Notes under the pieces: model-generated
What the model was told of the DNA's origin: nothing
The model's input: only the letters and a program-made list of their open reading frames with translations
Database searches by the model: none
Shown here: positions 36,501 through 45,939 of the stretch, one piece after another
How positions within the stretch are numbered: position 1 is the first letter of the stretch
Layout: every line of letters starts with the position of its first letter
Virus record (IMG/VR): IMGVR_UViG_3300032770_000002
Span: 124,001-188,000 of that record
DNA length: 64,000 nt
Reading direction: 5' to 3' (one strand)
Translations under genes and position numbers: made by a program

Positions 36501-38964
36501 CTCACTGACAGTTCGTGGTGATGGCCAAGTCGACCCGCGTGGCTACGTCACACTTGACTTTGAGTTAGACTCTGCCATTGCGTCAGGGTGGTTGCTTGAG
36601 CTTGCGTGGGGTGGGAAGCTTGACTTCCCACAGCTCAACATCGGCTACGCCCTAGCCGTCTACGGGTTCACGATTGAGTCGAGGCTTCCGGTCCTCTATC
36701 GAGTTGACTCGCCAGCTGACTTGACCCAGGTCATTGCAACGACTCATGTCGTCAACCCAATCTACCCAGGTGGGACAATCCCTGGAGGGTGGGTTGGAGT
36801 TGTCGGCCCGTCTGGGTCAATCGTTGACTGGATTCACGAGTCCGAGGCTGACTTGCGTCCGCTCATGACTGGGTTTCTCGCGTCGGTCCCGAGCGAGACA
36901 ATCACTGGACTGAGCATGCGGCGGGCCGAGGACATCCTCCTCGCGTCCAGTCCTTGGTCGCTGCCTGATCCATCGGCGCCAAGCGCACCGACCGTCACCG
37001 TCTCTGGGCCACTCACTGGCCTCGAAGGCGACACGCTGACTTACACCGTCTCGGGCGTCGCCAACGCGGTCAGCCTTGTCTGGCAGTTTTGGGACGGTGA
37101 GGTTCGAACGACTGACGCGACGGTCACATCTCAAGACAAAGTTGCCAACGCTGGCGGCTCATGCACGGTGACGGTCACGGCAATCAATGAAGTCGGTGAC
37201 ACGGCTTTAGACTCAGCGACAACGCTCGTGGACTTTGCCCCGGTCATTGTGAACGTTGTCGTCAGCAAGAATGACTCTGTTGCGCCATACAGCTCAACGG
37301 TGACCGTCGTTGCTACCGACCCAGACTCAGCGCCAAGTGGGGCGTTCCCGGGGTCGAAGATTTACGGCACGCTTGCGGGCACCATTCAGTCAACTTCTTC
37401 AACCGTCTCTGGGACGCTGTATGGGACGCTCAATTTTGGGGTGACGGTGACAACTGACGCCGAGGAGGACTTGGTGTTGACCGATGACTACGGGTCGTCC
37501 AACACCTACCCGCTGATGTTCCGCACCAAGCCGAGCAGGCCAGTCCTTGTCGTCGCAAGCGCGTCGCCGCCGTCACTGAAGCTTGGGCCAAACGCGAGCG
37601 TGACGCTGACGGCCGTGGCGACTGACCTTGACGGCGAGGCCATCGTCTCGTTTGACTGGGCCTTGCTCGTCGCCAACGGCTGGTCCAGCGACCAGCACCT
37701 CAGTGGAACTTCTAGGGTCCTTGGCGGTGGCGCGACGCAAAACTCAGTCATTGTCGACTGCTCCGCTGAGTCGGCTGGCACTGTGACGGTGACGATCACC
37801 GTCACGACGGCCACCGGAAAGACTGGGACGAGCGACCTCTCAGTCGTGTTCGAGCCAGCGTCGGCCCCAGTCATCAACCATTTCGACATTCTCGGCATCG
37901 TCACCCCAGGGAACTTGACGACGGTGAGCGCCTACGTGACGGACCCTGGCAACAGCCCACTGAGTTACGCGTGGGTATTTGATGACCCATCGGGCGTCAC
38001 ACGCTACGGCAATCCAGTCCAGGTCATCGCGTCGGGCCCAGTCATCAAGGGGACGTTGACGGCGACGGACGCCGTGGGTGACTCGGTAACCGAGGCCATC
38101 CCACCGATCCTCCTGTCATCGCAGCTTAACGTGGTCGGGACGATCGGCGAGCAGTTCATCTACGTCCCTACTGTGATGGGCTCACTCCCGGTGACTCTCT
38201 CAGTTTCACAGCTTGCTCCAGGTCTTATTTTTGTGGGCGGGACGATTAGTGGCGTGCTTGCGGCCGTCGGCATCGGCACGCTGACCGTGAGCGCAACAAA
38301 CACGGACGGGTCTGACACGCGAAATGTCTACATCGAGGTTCGTGAAAGCGCTCTAGCTGCGCCGGCCAACTTGCGAGTCAACAGTGCCGCCATCGCGGCG
38401 ACATACGGCCCAGGCGACAGCGCGGTCGTCACCTGGTCGTCTGACCTTACATTGTCGACGATTCTGCGCTTCTACACAATCGCCGGACAATTGATGCTTG
38501 AGACGAAGCTTGACCCGGGCGTGGAGGTCTTCGTCCTCGACAACGCCCACATCATCTCAACGTTCGGGTCTGAGTCTGACTTCCGCGTGCGAGCTTACTC
38601 GTCCGATGGCACCAACGAAAGCGGTGACTATGCCGAAGTGACGGTCACGCGCTCATCGGCTCCGGTGTCATCGCCGATGGCCGTTTATTGGGGCGTGCAA
38701 GCCGACCCGACAATTACTGACCCAGAGATTGCGGCGCTGAGCAGCGCCGTTCAGACGAGCCGAGCACTCTCGGTGACGTTAAACCCGTCGGCGCAGTATC
38801 TCTACTTCGCCTTCCCAGTCGCCTTTGGAAGCCCGGCGTTTTACATCAGCGGGTTGCTCACAACGGCTTGGGTGTTGACGACCAGGAGCTACGGCGGGGT
38901 GAGCTACAACATCTACCGCTCAACGAACATCTTGACTGGGAGCTACCCTGTTGTCGTCGTCTAA
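33595..38964 (+). CDS. large virion structural/adhesin protein (two LamG-like, PKD/Ig-like and FN3-like domains)
   Basis: AYWKLEE...FSLTFW...GWIDEAAFWSR (LamG); LSYAWVFDD (PKD-like); LAPGL.F.GGTISG (Ig-like); T/V/S/D-rich. Confidence 0.85.
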   Translation: MAIEVRFAGERDAANPNIIHYVGNAGTIAGTYYSDLTLDFNLVTGDWTANVPPGFPAGVQVSASWIDLDPHVVRPEPTTRLQSAIGRPESDIISPDSPRPWHTEQPGLDAYWKLEESIGHVRVDSEDGHDLTPDTGYFGNQVSSDIGIVGTCAYGSSTSYGLLINDAFNISNKSFSLTFWAKQFPAAQPFYQWVLSQCQTADPVHGLGNDIEFGIYNYYPFGNFEWHVFQNDGTDILLDSGAGAFVTNVWFFFACGYDDVNKVSWISVNGAPRITTPCNSARSHTHTDFRLFWVSGSSNYLNIPNCFYGWIDEAAFWSRNMTDDEISAYYNGTRKFDEFETITVYGTVPGTVDFELFDDAPWHRSLTGDRERRLMTDMDLTGPSCHAIATLTIPTVLDQSNVPYTLSTVKGLTSALPLQTSAAVSDEFGDPCFAIAVPGTVAGTVISNDPILTPTGLVYGVLVSDPQSFFTPTFRDGLWEWWPFNEHPESNLTVFERVWGGSTDLDGFLDTDRTLIEDWGWALHVPRERSITLPFHEATAFGSMTLTERFQLVNDLGDGTSTLFAIDSLRVTVESSSGSYTLRVEVWSGGTWTTEASTSVSLGVDYYLAIVFDGSVVSRFLLYAETDVDPAPTFSGGPFADTADLTGSIEASISCDLLTFYVYDLRIWTSEKTDTELKAMRRRVIHEAPQARWPSVVPTEQGSGYALLTWARSGFVYPGGPSPTIVGGTMATWLLEKESVSILLKAARVFDDIRVEDLGFGGGQAIVEPWTLGSQFSLVLADSRAVVASSMGVIGDNPIWEGEFGPWEPEANRNITAHRAWFSGSGKSWDIEVKSTIGGPALVAIEEDLGGMGSALVDAGHEALEVMTTGSIVTTGTVDHGANMFLYSPTSVVVDIAGIDEWVDQNSFGLGQNPPVAAIDSRGKLTFYVATALSAGPYRLTLDAGNIGQVASDFVGLQVDVTIAQSSTYSLTVRGDGQVDPRGYVTLDFELDSAIASGWLLELAWGGKLDFPQLNIGYALAVYGFTIESRLPVLYRVDSPADLTQVIATTHVVNPIYPGGTIPGGWVGVVGPSGSIVDWIHESEADLRPLMTGFLASVPSETITGLSMRRAEDILLASSPWSLPDPSAPSAPTVTVSGPLTGLEGDTLTYTVSGVANAVSLVWQFWDGEVRTTDATVTSQDKVANAGGSCTVTVTAINEVGDTALDSATTLVDFAPVIVNVVVSKNDSVAPYSSTVTVVATDPDSAPSGAFPGSKIYGTLAGTIQSTSSTVSGTLYGTLNFGVTVTTDAEEDLVLTDDYGSSNTYPLMFRTKPSRPVLVVASASPPSLKLGPNASVTLTAVATDLDGEAIVSFDWALLVANGWSSDQHLSGTSRVLGGGATQNSVIVDCSAESAGTVTVTITVTTATGKTGTSDLSVVFEPASAPVINHFDILGIVTPGNLTTVSAYVTDPGNSPLSYAWVFDDPSGVTRYGNPVQVIASGPVIKGTLTATDAVGDSVTEAIPPILLSSQLNVVGTIGEQFIYVPTVMGSLPVTLSVSQLAPGLIFVGGTISGVLAAVGIGTLTVSATNTDGSDTRNVYIEVRESALAAPANLRVNSAAIAATYGPGDSAVVTWSSDLTLSTILRFYTIAGQLMLETKLDPGVEVFVLDNAHIISTFGSESDFRVRAYSSDGTNESGDYAEVTVTRSSAPVSSPMAVYWGVQADPTITDPEIAALSSAVQTSRALSVTLNPSAQYLYFAFPVAFGSPAFYISGLLTTAWVLTTRSYGGVSYNIYRSTNILTGSYPVVVV

Positions 38965-39452
38965 TGCAAGTCTTAGGCACAGTCATTGCAGCCGAAATCA
39001 CCAGCGGCGACACGGACAACACCTTTAGCCTAGGCAACCTCAATTATTTCGCGGGCGGTCACAAGACCGCGGCCACGACGGCCGACCGTGACGCCATCAC
39101 GACTGAGCGCCGAATGGAGGGCATGACGTGCTGGGTCGTCGACATCCAGCAGCTCTACAGGCTTGTCGGTGGGATCACCAATAGCAACTGGGTGCTCGAG
39201 GTTACACCGGCCGTTTCACCAGTCAGTGGGTCTTGGCCACTCGGAAATGGCGATGACTCTGGCAGCGTCACCGGACTTGGCCTTGGATTCACCCCATCAC
39301 GCGTCATACTTTCCATTTCCAGGCCATCAGGCGGGTTGATGATCTTTGCCAATGACAATTCAGGGACGTTGACCACGGACGGTTTTGACTTTGAGTTGAG
39401 CGGCATGACTGACTCAACAGACTACGTGTTGAACTACGTCATCTTTCCATGA
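38964..39452 (+). CDS. virion structural protein
   Basis: TADRDAITTERRMEGMTCWV..YRLVGGITNSNW motif typical of phage virion proteins; TAATG coupling. Confidence 0.75.
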   Translation: MQVLGTVIAAEITSGDTDNTFSLGNLNYFAGGHKTAATTADRDAITTERRMEGMTCWVVDIQQLYRLVGGITNSNWVLEVTPAVSPVSGSWPLGNGDDSGSVTGLGLGFTPSRVILSISRPSGGLMIFANDNSGTLTTDGFDFELSGMTDSTDYVLNYVIFP

Positions 39453-42400
39453 AAACAAACCGTCTCATCGCGCTCTCAGCGATTGTCGCCTTGGCCTTGT
39501 TGACCATTGCCGCTGCCTCGAGAACCCCAATTCTTCGTGGGTTTCTTCAGAGTGACTTTGATGGAAACAATCTGTCAATCACCAACCTGGCGAGTGCTTC
39601 AGCCCAAAATCTCCTCTCGGCAAATGCCTTAATCGGGGAGCAAATTGGCAACGTCAGCGGAACCAACTCCATGGTCACGCTCAGGAGCACGCTGCCAGTT
39701 CCGCGTCACGTTCCACAAGGGATGTTTCAACTGTGGTATCTCCATGGTCCAGACGTTGGCTGGACTAACAGCCTGGCTAATGACACCACTTACACGATTA
39801 CAAACGTCGTTGCCTGGATGATAGGGGACGGCTTGCGTGACGCCGGGTTCAACTGGATCATGATCAGTGTCGGGTGCAACTCACCTTACCGCGACAGCTC
39901 TGGGGCCATCCTTTGGAACACGAACCTGTTTCCGGAAGGAATGCAGATTGCCGTGGACTACTGCCACAGCAACGGGTTTTACGTGTGCATCTACACTGAA
40001 CCGACCGCGTATCTCTACAACTCTGACTTTACGACTTACAATGGAACGTTCGTTGGGACGCCATTTGAGAAGATCCACACGGACGTGACGAACTTTGCGG
40101 CGATCGGGTTTGACGCCATCGAGGTCGATTTTCAGGGGTCATTCACCACGCCTAGGCAAAACCCTGGAATGCTGGTTGACTGCACCACCAACGGCGTGTC
40201 CGCTTACTTTCAACTGCTTCACCAGGAGGTCGCAAAGTGTGGCCGCCCAATGGAGATCAAGAGTGCCGGCATTCCACAATATCCTGATCCGTGGATGCCC
40301 GCAAGCATCAACGAGTGGGACCAGTTGGGATACTTCACCAACCAGGTCTTGATGTGGTCGAATGGACCCGCTACAGGGACGATAAACGTGGGCGACGACA
40401 CTCCATGGTCGGAGTATATTCGGTTCGACTTGGACATGCTGCGTTCAGACCTCATTGGACCAGGCCATCACATCTTCCGCAACAACATGCGGCTCAACAC
40501 GACGGTCATCCATGACCGAACCATCATGGCCTTTTCGGCCATCGAGTGCTCGGACCAGGTGCTCAACGAGATAGACTACCCGTGGATCTCCAGGCCGCAG
40601 CAGAATGCTGACTTGAGGAACAAAGCCTGGAGGTTAATCTGCAAAGACCCGGGTGTCATTCAAGGCCAGGTGTTGTGGCGCACAAACTGGGTTGACGTGG
40701 ACCAACGGCCGCTTGTTGACACGACCTACGGTCTAGCGGAAAAAGCCATCCTTCTTTACAATCGCAAAACTAACGCCGCGCAGGACATTACGTGTTACCT
40801 GCCAGTGCTTGGTTACGATACCAATCCAGTCGTCGTCCTTGACGTCTTCAACAACACCAACGTGACCATAACTGGTGGAACTTTAAAGGCTACGGCTGTT
40901 CCAACAAATAGCGCGATCCTCTTCCTCGCCTACATTCCACGGCCACTTGACCAGGTTGAAAGTGTTGACGCTGTTGGGAACATCGCCGTGTCAACAAGCA
41001 TTAGCGTGACGAACACGACGACGAAAAATGGTATCACGCTCTCATCCACTTCACTGCGTGGGACGAACGCCACAGCGGCACGATACTCTTTTGGCCTCGG
41101 CTTTGACACTAGCATTGGCTACGGCACGTTGCAGTTGGCCGGCTATGGCGGTTCAACTTGGCAGGCTTCGACGCTTTTTGGCACCACAAATCGCACGGTT
41201 GTTAGCGTGCAACGTCTCGATGGCCGAGTTGACCAAGGAAGCATTGGCCAGCTTTTCACCGTGGGCAAAGACGCGCCTCCTTATGACGGCACGGCGACTT
41301 TTGGAACATTTGAAATTGGAGGAAGACTGGAGCCTGACCCAACAAACAGCTTCCAGGTGGACAACGCCCAGATGAATCGAGCTTTTTTGGTCAACACAAA
41401 CGGGAATACGTTTGCTGGAGGCAACTTGACTGTGACCTCGAACCTTACGTCTAGGGTGTTGACGGTAACCAATCCATTGACTGGCCTTTACACCTACGTC
41501 GCCGGGGATGGCATCTTCGCGTCCAACGCGCAGACCAAGGCTTCGATGAATTACACCAATGGCATCCTTTCGACCACGAACCCGCTTGTCACGAACGGGA
41601 TTTTCGCGGCATATGCCGCCACGGCTTTTAACGGGATGGGGATCTCGCTCGGTGCCGGTCAATACGGGACTCCCCCGAGCGGCTTTGCATGGAACTTTGC
41701 TTCGCGTGGCCACCTAGTGCAGATGGTTTCTGGGTGGCAGGACGGAACCGTGGAACTTGGCAACATAGGCCAGGGGTTCATCTGGGCATCCGGCGCTCCT
41801 CCATACGACGGCAGCGCTGGATACGGAACAGTGGCAGTTGGCGGGTGGACACCTGACCCGACAAACTCATTTCAGGTGGACAACCACCAGCGGTATGGAT
41901 CATTCCAAGTCGGAACCAATGGCGTGACTTACGCCAACGGCGGCATCCGACCGGGTGTGTTCACCGTCGCCACTCTGCCGACAGCATCGGCCTACCAGGG
42001 AGTTGAAGTTTACTGCTCTGACGTGTTGACGCCTGCTGGGACAGGTGAGCGCGTCGTCTCCGATGGCACCAACTGGCGCACGATGCGAGACAATATCATT
42101 GCCACCACGACGCTTTCGGCTTATGTCTTCAATTGTGCTGAAGCGAGAGTCAACCGTATCACGAGCAAATCAACTATATACTGGAATGAAATCATCCTTC
42201 CGAGCACCGGTGGGTCAATGCCGCGCAATGTTCAAGCCTCTGGAACTGGCGCTGGCCAGGGTGAAGGCTCGTCCCGCAGCGACCTTGGCCGGTTTGGCTA
42301 CATCAGCACTGGCACGACGACGACAGGAGCGTATAAGGTGTGGACGGGAGGTGAACCAGGACTGAGCACAGATGAAGCGTATGGATTTGGTGGCAATTAC

Positions 42401-42844
42401 ATCGTGTCAACGGGCGGCACGCCCACCGACCAATTTTACGTCTACATAGGTTTCGGAAACAACGTTGCGGCTGTGCCAACCACGGCCGCGTGCGGCTTCC
42501 TTTACGACCCTGGCAACGTCACCGGTTACACAGGGACGTCCTCATCAACCAACAACTGGTGGTTTCTTCACGGCACTGGCGGCGCCCTCGTGGCAACTGA
42601 CACCGGCGTGGCTGTGACGTTTACCTCAGCGACGGCTCACAGACTTGGGGCCGAATTTGACGCGTCTGGGATTACGGCAAAGGTTGACAGTTCAACTATC
42701 TTCTCTGATTCGACCGACATCACCGAAAGCGCGCTGTATAACTGGATTACCATCGTCAAGACAGCTGGCACTACATCTCGCCTTCTATATGAAGCTCGGC
42801 CTTGGCTGCACATCCGGCAATCGACGCTCAAGTTAAATCCGTAA
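39449..42844 (+). CDS. signal-peptide protein with GH27 (alpha-galactosidase-like) TIM barrel and tail-fibre-like C-terminus
   Basis: GLRDAGFNWI...RDSSG...FPEGMQIAVDYCHSNGFYVCIY...FAAIGFDAIEVD; duplicated APPYDG...PDPTNSFQVDN unit. Confidence 0.75.
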   Translation: MKTNRLIALSAIVALALLTIAAASRTPILRGFLQSDFDGNNLSITNLASASAQNLLSANALIGEQIGNVSGTNSMVTLRSTLPVPRHVPQGMFQLWYLHGPDVGWTNSLANDTTYTITNVVAWMIGDGLRDAGFNWIMISVGCNSPYRDSSGAILWNTNLFPEGMQIAVDYCHSNGFYVCIYTEPTAYLYNSDFTTYNGTFVGTPFEKIHTDVTNFAAIGFDAIEVDFQGSFTTPRQNPGMLVDCTTNGVSAYFQLLHQEVAKCGRPMEIKSAGIPQYPDPWMPASINEWDQLGYFTNQVLMWSNGPATGTINVGDDTPWSEYIRFDLDMLRSDLIGPGHHIFRNNMRLNTTVIHDRTIMAFSAIECSDQVLNEIDYPWISRPQQNADLRNKAWRLICKDPGVIQGQVLWRTNWVDVDQRPLVDTTYGLAEKAILLYNRKTNAAQDITCYLPVLGYDTNPVVVLDVFNNTNVTITGGTLKATAVPTNSAILFLAYIPRPLDQVESVDAVGNIAVSTSISVTNTTTKNGITLSSTSLRGTNATAARYSFGLGFDTSIGYGTLQLAGYGGSTWQASTLFGTTNRTVVSVQRLDGRVDQGSIGQLFTVGKDAPPYDGTATFGTFEIGGRLEPDPTNSFQVDNAQMNRAFLVNTNGNTFAGGNLTVTSNLTSRVLTVTNPLTGLYTYVAGDGIFASNAQTKASMNYTNGILSTTNPLVTNGIFAAYAATAFNGMGISLGAGQYGTPPSGFAWNFASRGHLVQMVSGWQDGTVELGNIGQGFIWASGAPPYDGSAGYGTVAVGGWTPDPTNSFQVDNHQRYGSFQVGTNGVTYANGGIRPGVFTVATLPTASAYQGVEVYCSDVLTPAGTGERVVSDGTNWRTMRDNIIATTTLSAYVFNCAEARVNRITSKSTIYWNEIILPSTGGSMPRNVQASGTGAGQGEGSSRSDLGRFGYISTGTTTTGAYKVWTGGEPGLSTDEAYGFGGNYIVSTGGTPTDQFYVYIGFGNNVAAVPTTAACGFLYDPGNVTGYTGTSSSTNNWWFLHGTGGALVATDTGVAVTFTSATAHRLGAEFDASGITAKVDSSTIFSDSTDITESALYNWITIVKTAGTTSRLLYEARPWLHIRQSTLKLNP

Positions 42845-42856
42845 GTTCTAAAACCA

Positions 42857-43135
42857 GTGAACTACATCGTTTACGAAGAAGACGGTTTCGGAGTGGTGGA
42901 GTCACCTTGCGTTGAAGGGCGAAGTCTTGGCGTGTTTTCAGGGACGGAAGCTGAGGTCGCGGCCTACTGTGAAGCTGAGACGCGTAAACTCCACCCGAAG
43001 CGAACGAACTGGGATTCACCGCAGATTCGTTTTAAGCCAGCGATTCAACTTAACCCAAATCACGTAGAATGGCAATCTTCATTAGTTTCGAAGGGGACGA
43101 GTGTGTCGGAAAGACCACACAAGCAAGCATCTTGA
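42857..43135 (+). CDS. hypothetical protein
   Basis: 92-aa ORF. Confidence 0.55.
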   Translation: MNYIVYEEDGFGVVESPCVEGRSLGVFSGTEAEVAAYCEAETRKLHPKRTNWDSPQIRFKPAIQLNPNHVEWQSSLVSKGTSVSERPHKQAS

Positions 43136-43731
43136 CGGCTCGGCTTAAGGCCTCGCGCATCCCGGCCATCTTGGTCCGAGAACCTGGTGGGACGCCGTTT
43201 GGCGAAACATGCCGATCGATCCTAAAGGACCCAAACAACGACCTGTGCCCGGAAGCTGAGCTGCTCTTGATGAACGCTAGCCGCTCGCAACTTGTCAGCA
43301 CAGTCATCTTGCCAGCTTTGAATGAAGGCGTTACCGTAATTGCCGATCGCTTTCATGACTCGACCATCGCCTATCAGGGTTACGGGCGTGAATTGGGACA
43401 GAAGGCCGAAGACGTTGTCAACGTCGCCATCGGTGACGTCATCCCAGACATTACCTTTTACCTGTGGGCGGCCAAGGGCACGAAGGAACGCCGACAAATT
43501 CAGCGTGGAGCTCCGCCAACTGACAAGTTTGAGTCGCTAGACCAGGCCTTTTTTGCTAGGGTGCGTGAAGGCTACGAGCACATCATGACTCATAATGCGC
43601 GCGTTGCGTGCATCGAATCTAGCGGCGCCATTGACCAGGTTTCAGACGCAATTTGGAGCAAGCTACTCAGCTGGAAGGAGTGGTGCGTAAATCGGCCCAA
43701 AAAGCCCTGGGAGCCAAGTCTCAGCTTGTGA
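43069..43731 (+). CDS. tmk: thymidylate kinase
   Basis: FISFEGDECVGKTTQ P-loop, VREPGGT, ADRFHDSTIAYQGYGR. Confidence 0.92.
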   Translation: MAIFISFEGDECVGKTTQASILTARLKASRIPAILVREPGGTPFGETCRSILKDPNNDLCPEAELLLMNASRSQLVSTVILPALNEGVTVIADRFHDSTIAYQGYGRELGQKAEDVVNVAIGDVIPDITFYLWAAKGTKERRQIQRGAPPTDKFESLDQAFFARVREGYEHIMTHNARVACIESSGAIDQVSDAIWSKLLSWKEWCVNRPKKPWEPSLSL

Positions 43732-43753
43732 GTATATTTAGGTTACGAACGAT

Positions 43754-43975
43754 ATGAAAAACGAACAGTTAGCTAACCAGATCTGTGACCAACTTTTGGC
43801 CCGTGAAGAAGTTAAAGAATGCGGCCCTGGAATGCGCGGCAGCCGCTCCGCCGAAGGGTCCGGAAGCCGAGCTGGGTTTGCTTCTCGGGCTTCGCGTGGA
43901 TCCGCATCAGCTTCCCGTGAAGCGTCCGCGTCGCGTGAAGCATCGGCCTCGCGTGAAGCGGCTGGGTCGCGCTAG
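43754..43975 (+). CDS. small Ser/Arg/Ala-rich protein with SREASA repeats
   Basis: Three tandem 18-bp units TC(C/G)CGTGAAGC... at about 43915-43968. Confidence 0.6.
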   Translation: MKNEQLANQICDQLLAREEVKECGPGMRGSRSAEGSGSRAGFASRASRGSASASREASASREASASREAAGSR

Positions 43976-44247
43976 AAGGCCTTGATTTCGATGACCGGAA
44001 GTTGTGAACCGTCCGCCATTACCGGACGGTTTCGTTTTGTCTCCTGAAGGTCATCTTCGGTTATTGCCGAGTTCCAGCACTCGGAACACAAGAATCCATC
44101 GTAGCCGTAGATGGAGTGGAAGTCGGATGATTTAATGAGGAGGGTTTGGCAGTTGACGCACACCCCACACGTCACCATGTCACGGTGCCACCCGATTATT
44201 GAGTAGCCCGCGTTGTCAACCCCAAAGTCGTCTGATTTTGCGGACAT
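43972..44247 (-). CDS. small zinc-finger-like protein
   Basis: CGVCVNC...LCSEC. Confidence 0.55.
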   Translation of the reverse strand: MSAKSDDFGVDNAGYSIIGWHRDMVTCGVCVNCQTLLIKSSDFHSIYGYDGFLCSECWNSAITEDDLQETKRNRPVMADGSQLPVIEIKAF

Positions 44248-44290
44248 TGGTTTCTTCTCGCGATTTAAGAACAGCAGTGTTCTCAGGTTC

Positions 44291-44896
44291 GTGCGTTATT
44301 TACCTGGACATCAATTTGAAAGTGGTTTGATTTTAGTAAGGAGATCTCGAACCGTTCATCGAGGAATTTTCAAGTGTGTTTGCGGTGATGAATTTGAAAC
44401 ATTTATAGCCAATGTCGCTAGGGGTATTACTCGATCATGTGGATGTCTTAAGTCAATACTTCGTCGACAAACACTGGGTCCAATCGATTACGAGTCTGCT
44501 CGTGATAAAATTCTCTTTTCTACGATCAAATTTCATGCCAAAGATCGAGGTCTTGAGTTTGAGTTAACTCTCGATGATGTCCGAAGATTAACGCGTCAAA
44601 ACTGCCATTTCTGTGGGAGTCCTCCGGCCAGTCGTCATTTTATTGGAGGTCGAAATAGACTTGCGTCATTTTACATCATTCATAATGGGATTGACCGATT
44701 GGATAATCTAAAAGGTTACACTGTCAAAAACTCGGTGCCCTGCTGTAAACAGTGCAACTATTCAAAACGCGACAACAGTGTCGACGAATTTAACGCCTGG
44801 ATTGATCGCGTTGTGGCCCATCGTAACGCGGTTAAAGATCAAAGTGAGATGGCTTCAACAGTGATTCTCAGACGAAATTGTCAGTTGACGTGTTAA
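44291..44896 (+). mobile_element. HNH homing endonuclease
   Basis: CVCG...TRSCGC N-domain; CHFCG...NGIDRLDNLKGY...VPCCKQCNYSK; AT-rich; antisense to neighbours. Confidence 0.88.
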
Positions 44897-45932
44897 GAAT
44901 TTCGTGAATGAGAAGATTTTTTTCATTGTTCGCACATTGGTGGCAGCAGTCTCTGACCGGGTCTAAGCCGTCAAACCTTGCCTTGGCCTCGTCGCTGAAC
45001 CACAGCTCGCTAAACTTTCGGTCCTTGATTGACCCGATTGCGCCAGTCTCATCATAGGCCTTGTTGTGGCAAGCATAGACGTTTAAGTCCGCGCCAACGA
45101 CCGGGACAATCTGCATGAAATAGCACCGGTGATAGGTTCGAAAGCTGTTGTGGGCCGATGACATCAAGTCATAGGTCGTGTTGACCGAGAACGTCTTGTC
45201 AACGATCTTGTCGCGAATCTGGTCGAGTTGAACCTGCACCCGTGCAGCGATCTTGCGGTGATACTCGTGGAAGCCGGGTGAAAGCCACATCGGGCTGAAG
45301 CGCACGTTCTGAACGCCGCAGTCCTTAAGCTGCTGTGAGAATTGGAATAGCTTGGAGCAGTTGTCGGCGTGGACGATGAAGTTGACGTAGAGGTCGCAGG
45401 TCTTTGACTTTCTTTTTGCAAAGGCCGCAATGTTGACCATGATCTCGTCGAACATCGACTCATGGACGTGGCGGAACTTTGCCAGCTCCTCCTTGCACGA
45501 GTAGTCCATTGACACGCGAACCCACTTGGCGTTGGCGAGAGTCTCTGCCCGCTCGTCACTCAGAAAGGACCCGTTGGTGATGATGGAGAGGTCGATGTTC
45601 CGCTCAAGCGTGTATCGCATCATCGGCACGATGTCTGGGTGGATGAGCGGCTCACCGCCACCAGAGAACGTCAAGGCCTTGACCCCAATGTCGGAAAAGT
45701 CGTCGAGAAGCTCAATCATCTTCTCGAGCTTGATGCGGTCACGCACGGCCATCTCCTTGTGCATCTGGGACATCTCTGGCGCGTGATAGACACACCACCA
45801 ACAGTGATGGTTGCAGAGATTGATTGGCTTGACCCGGACGTAAATAGGCGCACTGATGGTGCCTTTTCTGAACGACTTGAGCTTGTCCGGGAAGTGAACT
45901 ATCTTCAGGTCTGAATACTTGTTGCTCGGCAC
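44868..45932 (-). CDS. radical SAM/SPASM-domain protein
   Basis: CNHHCWWC, TFSGGGEP, ITNG; SPASM-like CYF...VYACH...IGSI...CCHQC. Confidence 0.9.
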   Translation of the reverse strand: MPSNKYSDLKIVHFPDKLKSFRKGTISAPIYVRVKPINLCNHHCWWCVYHAPEMSQMHKEMAVRDRIKLEKMIELLDDFSDIGVKALTFSGGGEPLIHPDIVPMMRYTLERNIDLSIITNGSFLSDERAETLANAKWVRVSMDYSCKEELAKFRHVHESMFDEIMVNIAAFAKRKSKTCDLYVNFIVHADNCSKLFQFSQQLKDCGVQNVRFSPMWLSPGFHEYHRKIAARVQVQLDQIRDKIVDKTFSVNTTYDLMSSAHNSFRTYHRCYFMQIVPVVGADLNVYACHNKAYDETGAIGSIKDRKFSELWFSDEAKARFDGLDPVRDCCHQCANNEKNLLIHEILNTSTDNFV

Positions 45933-45939
45933 GGTTAAA

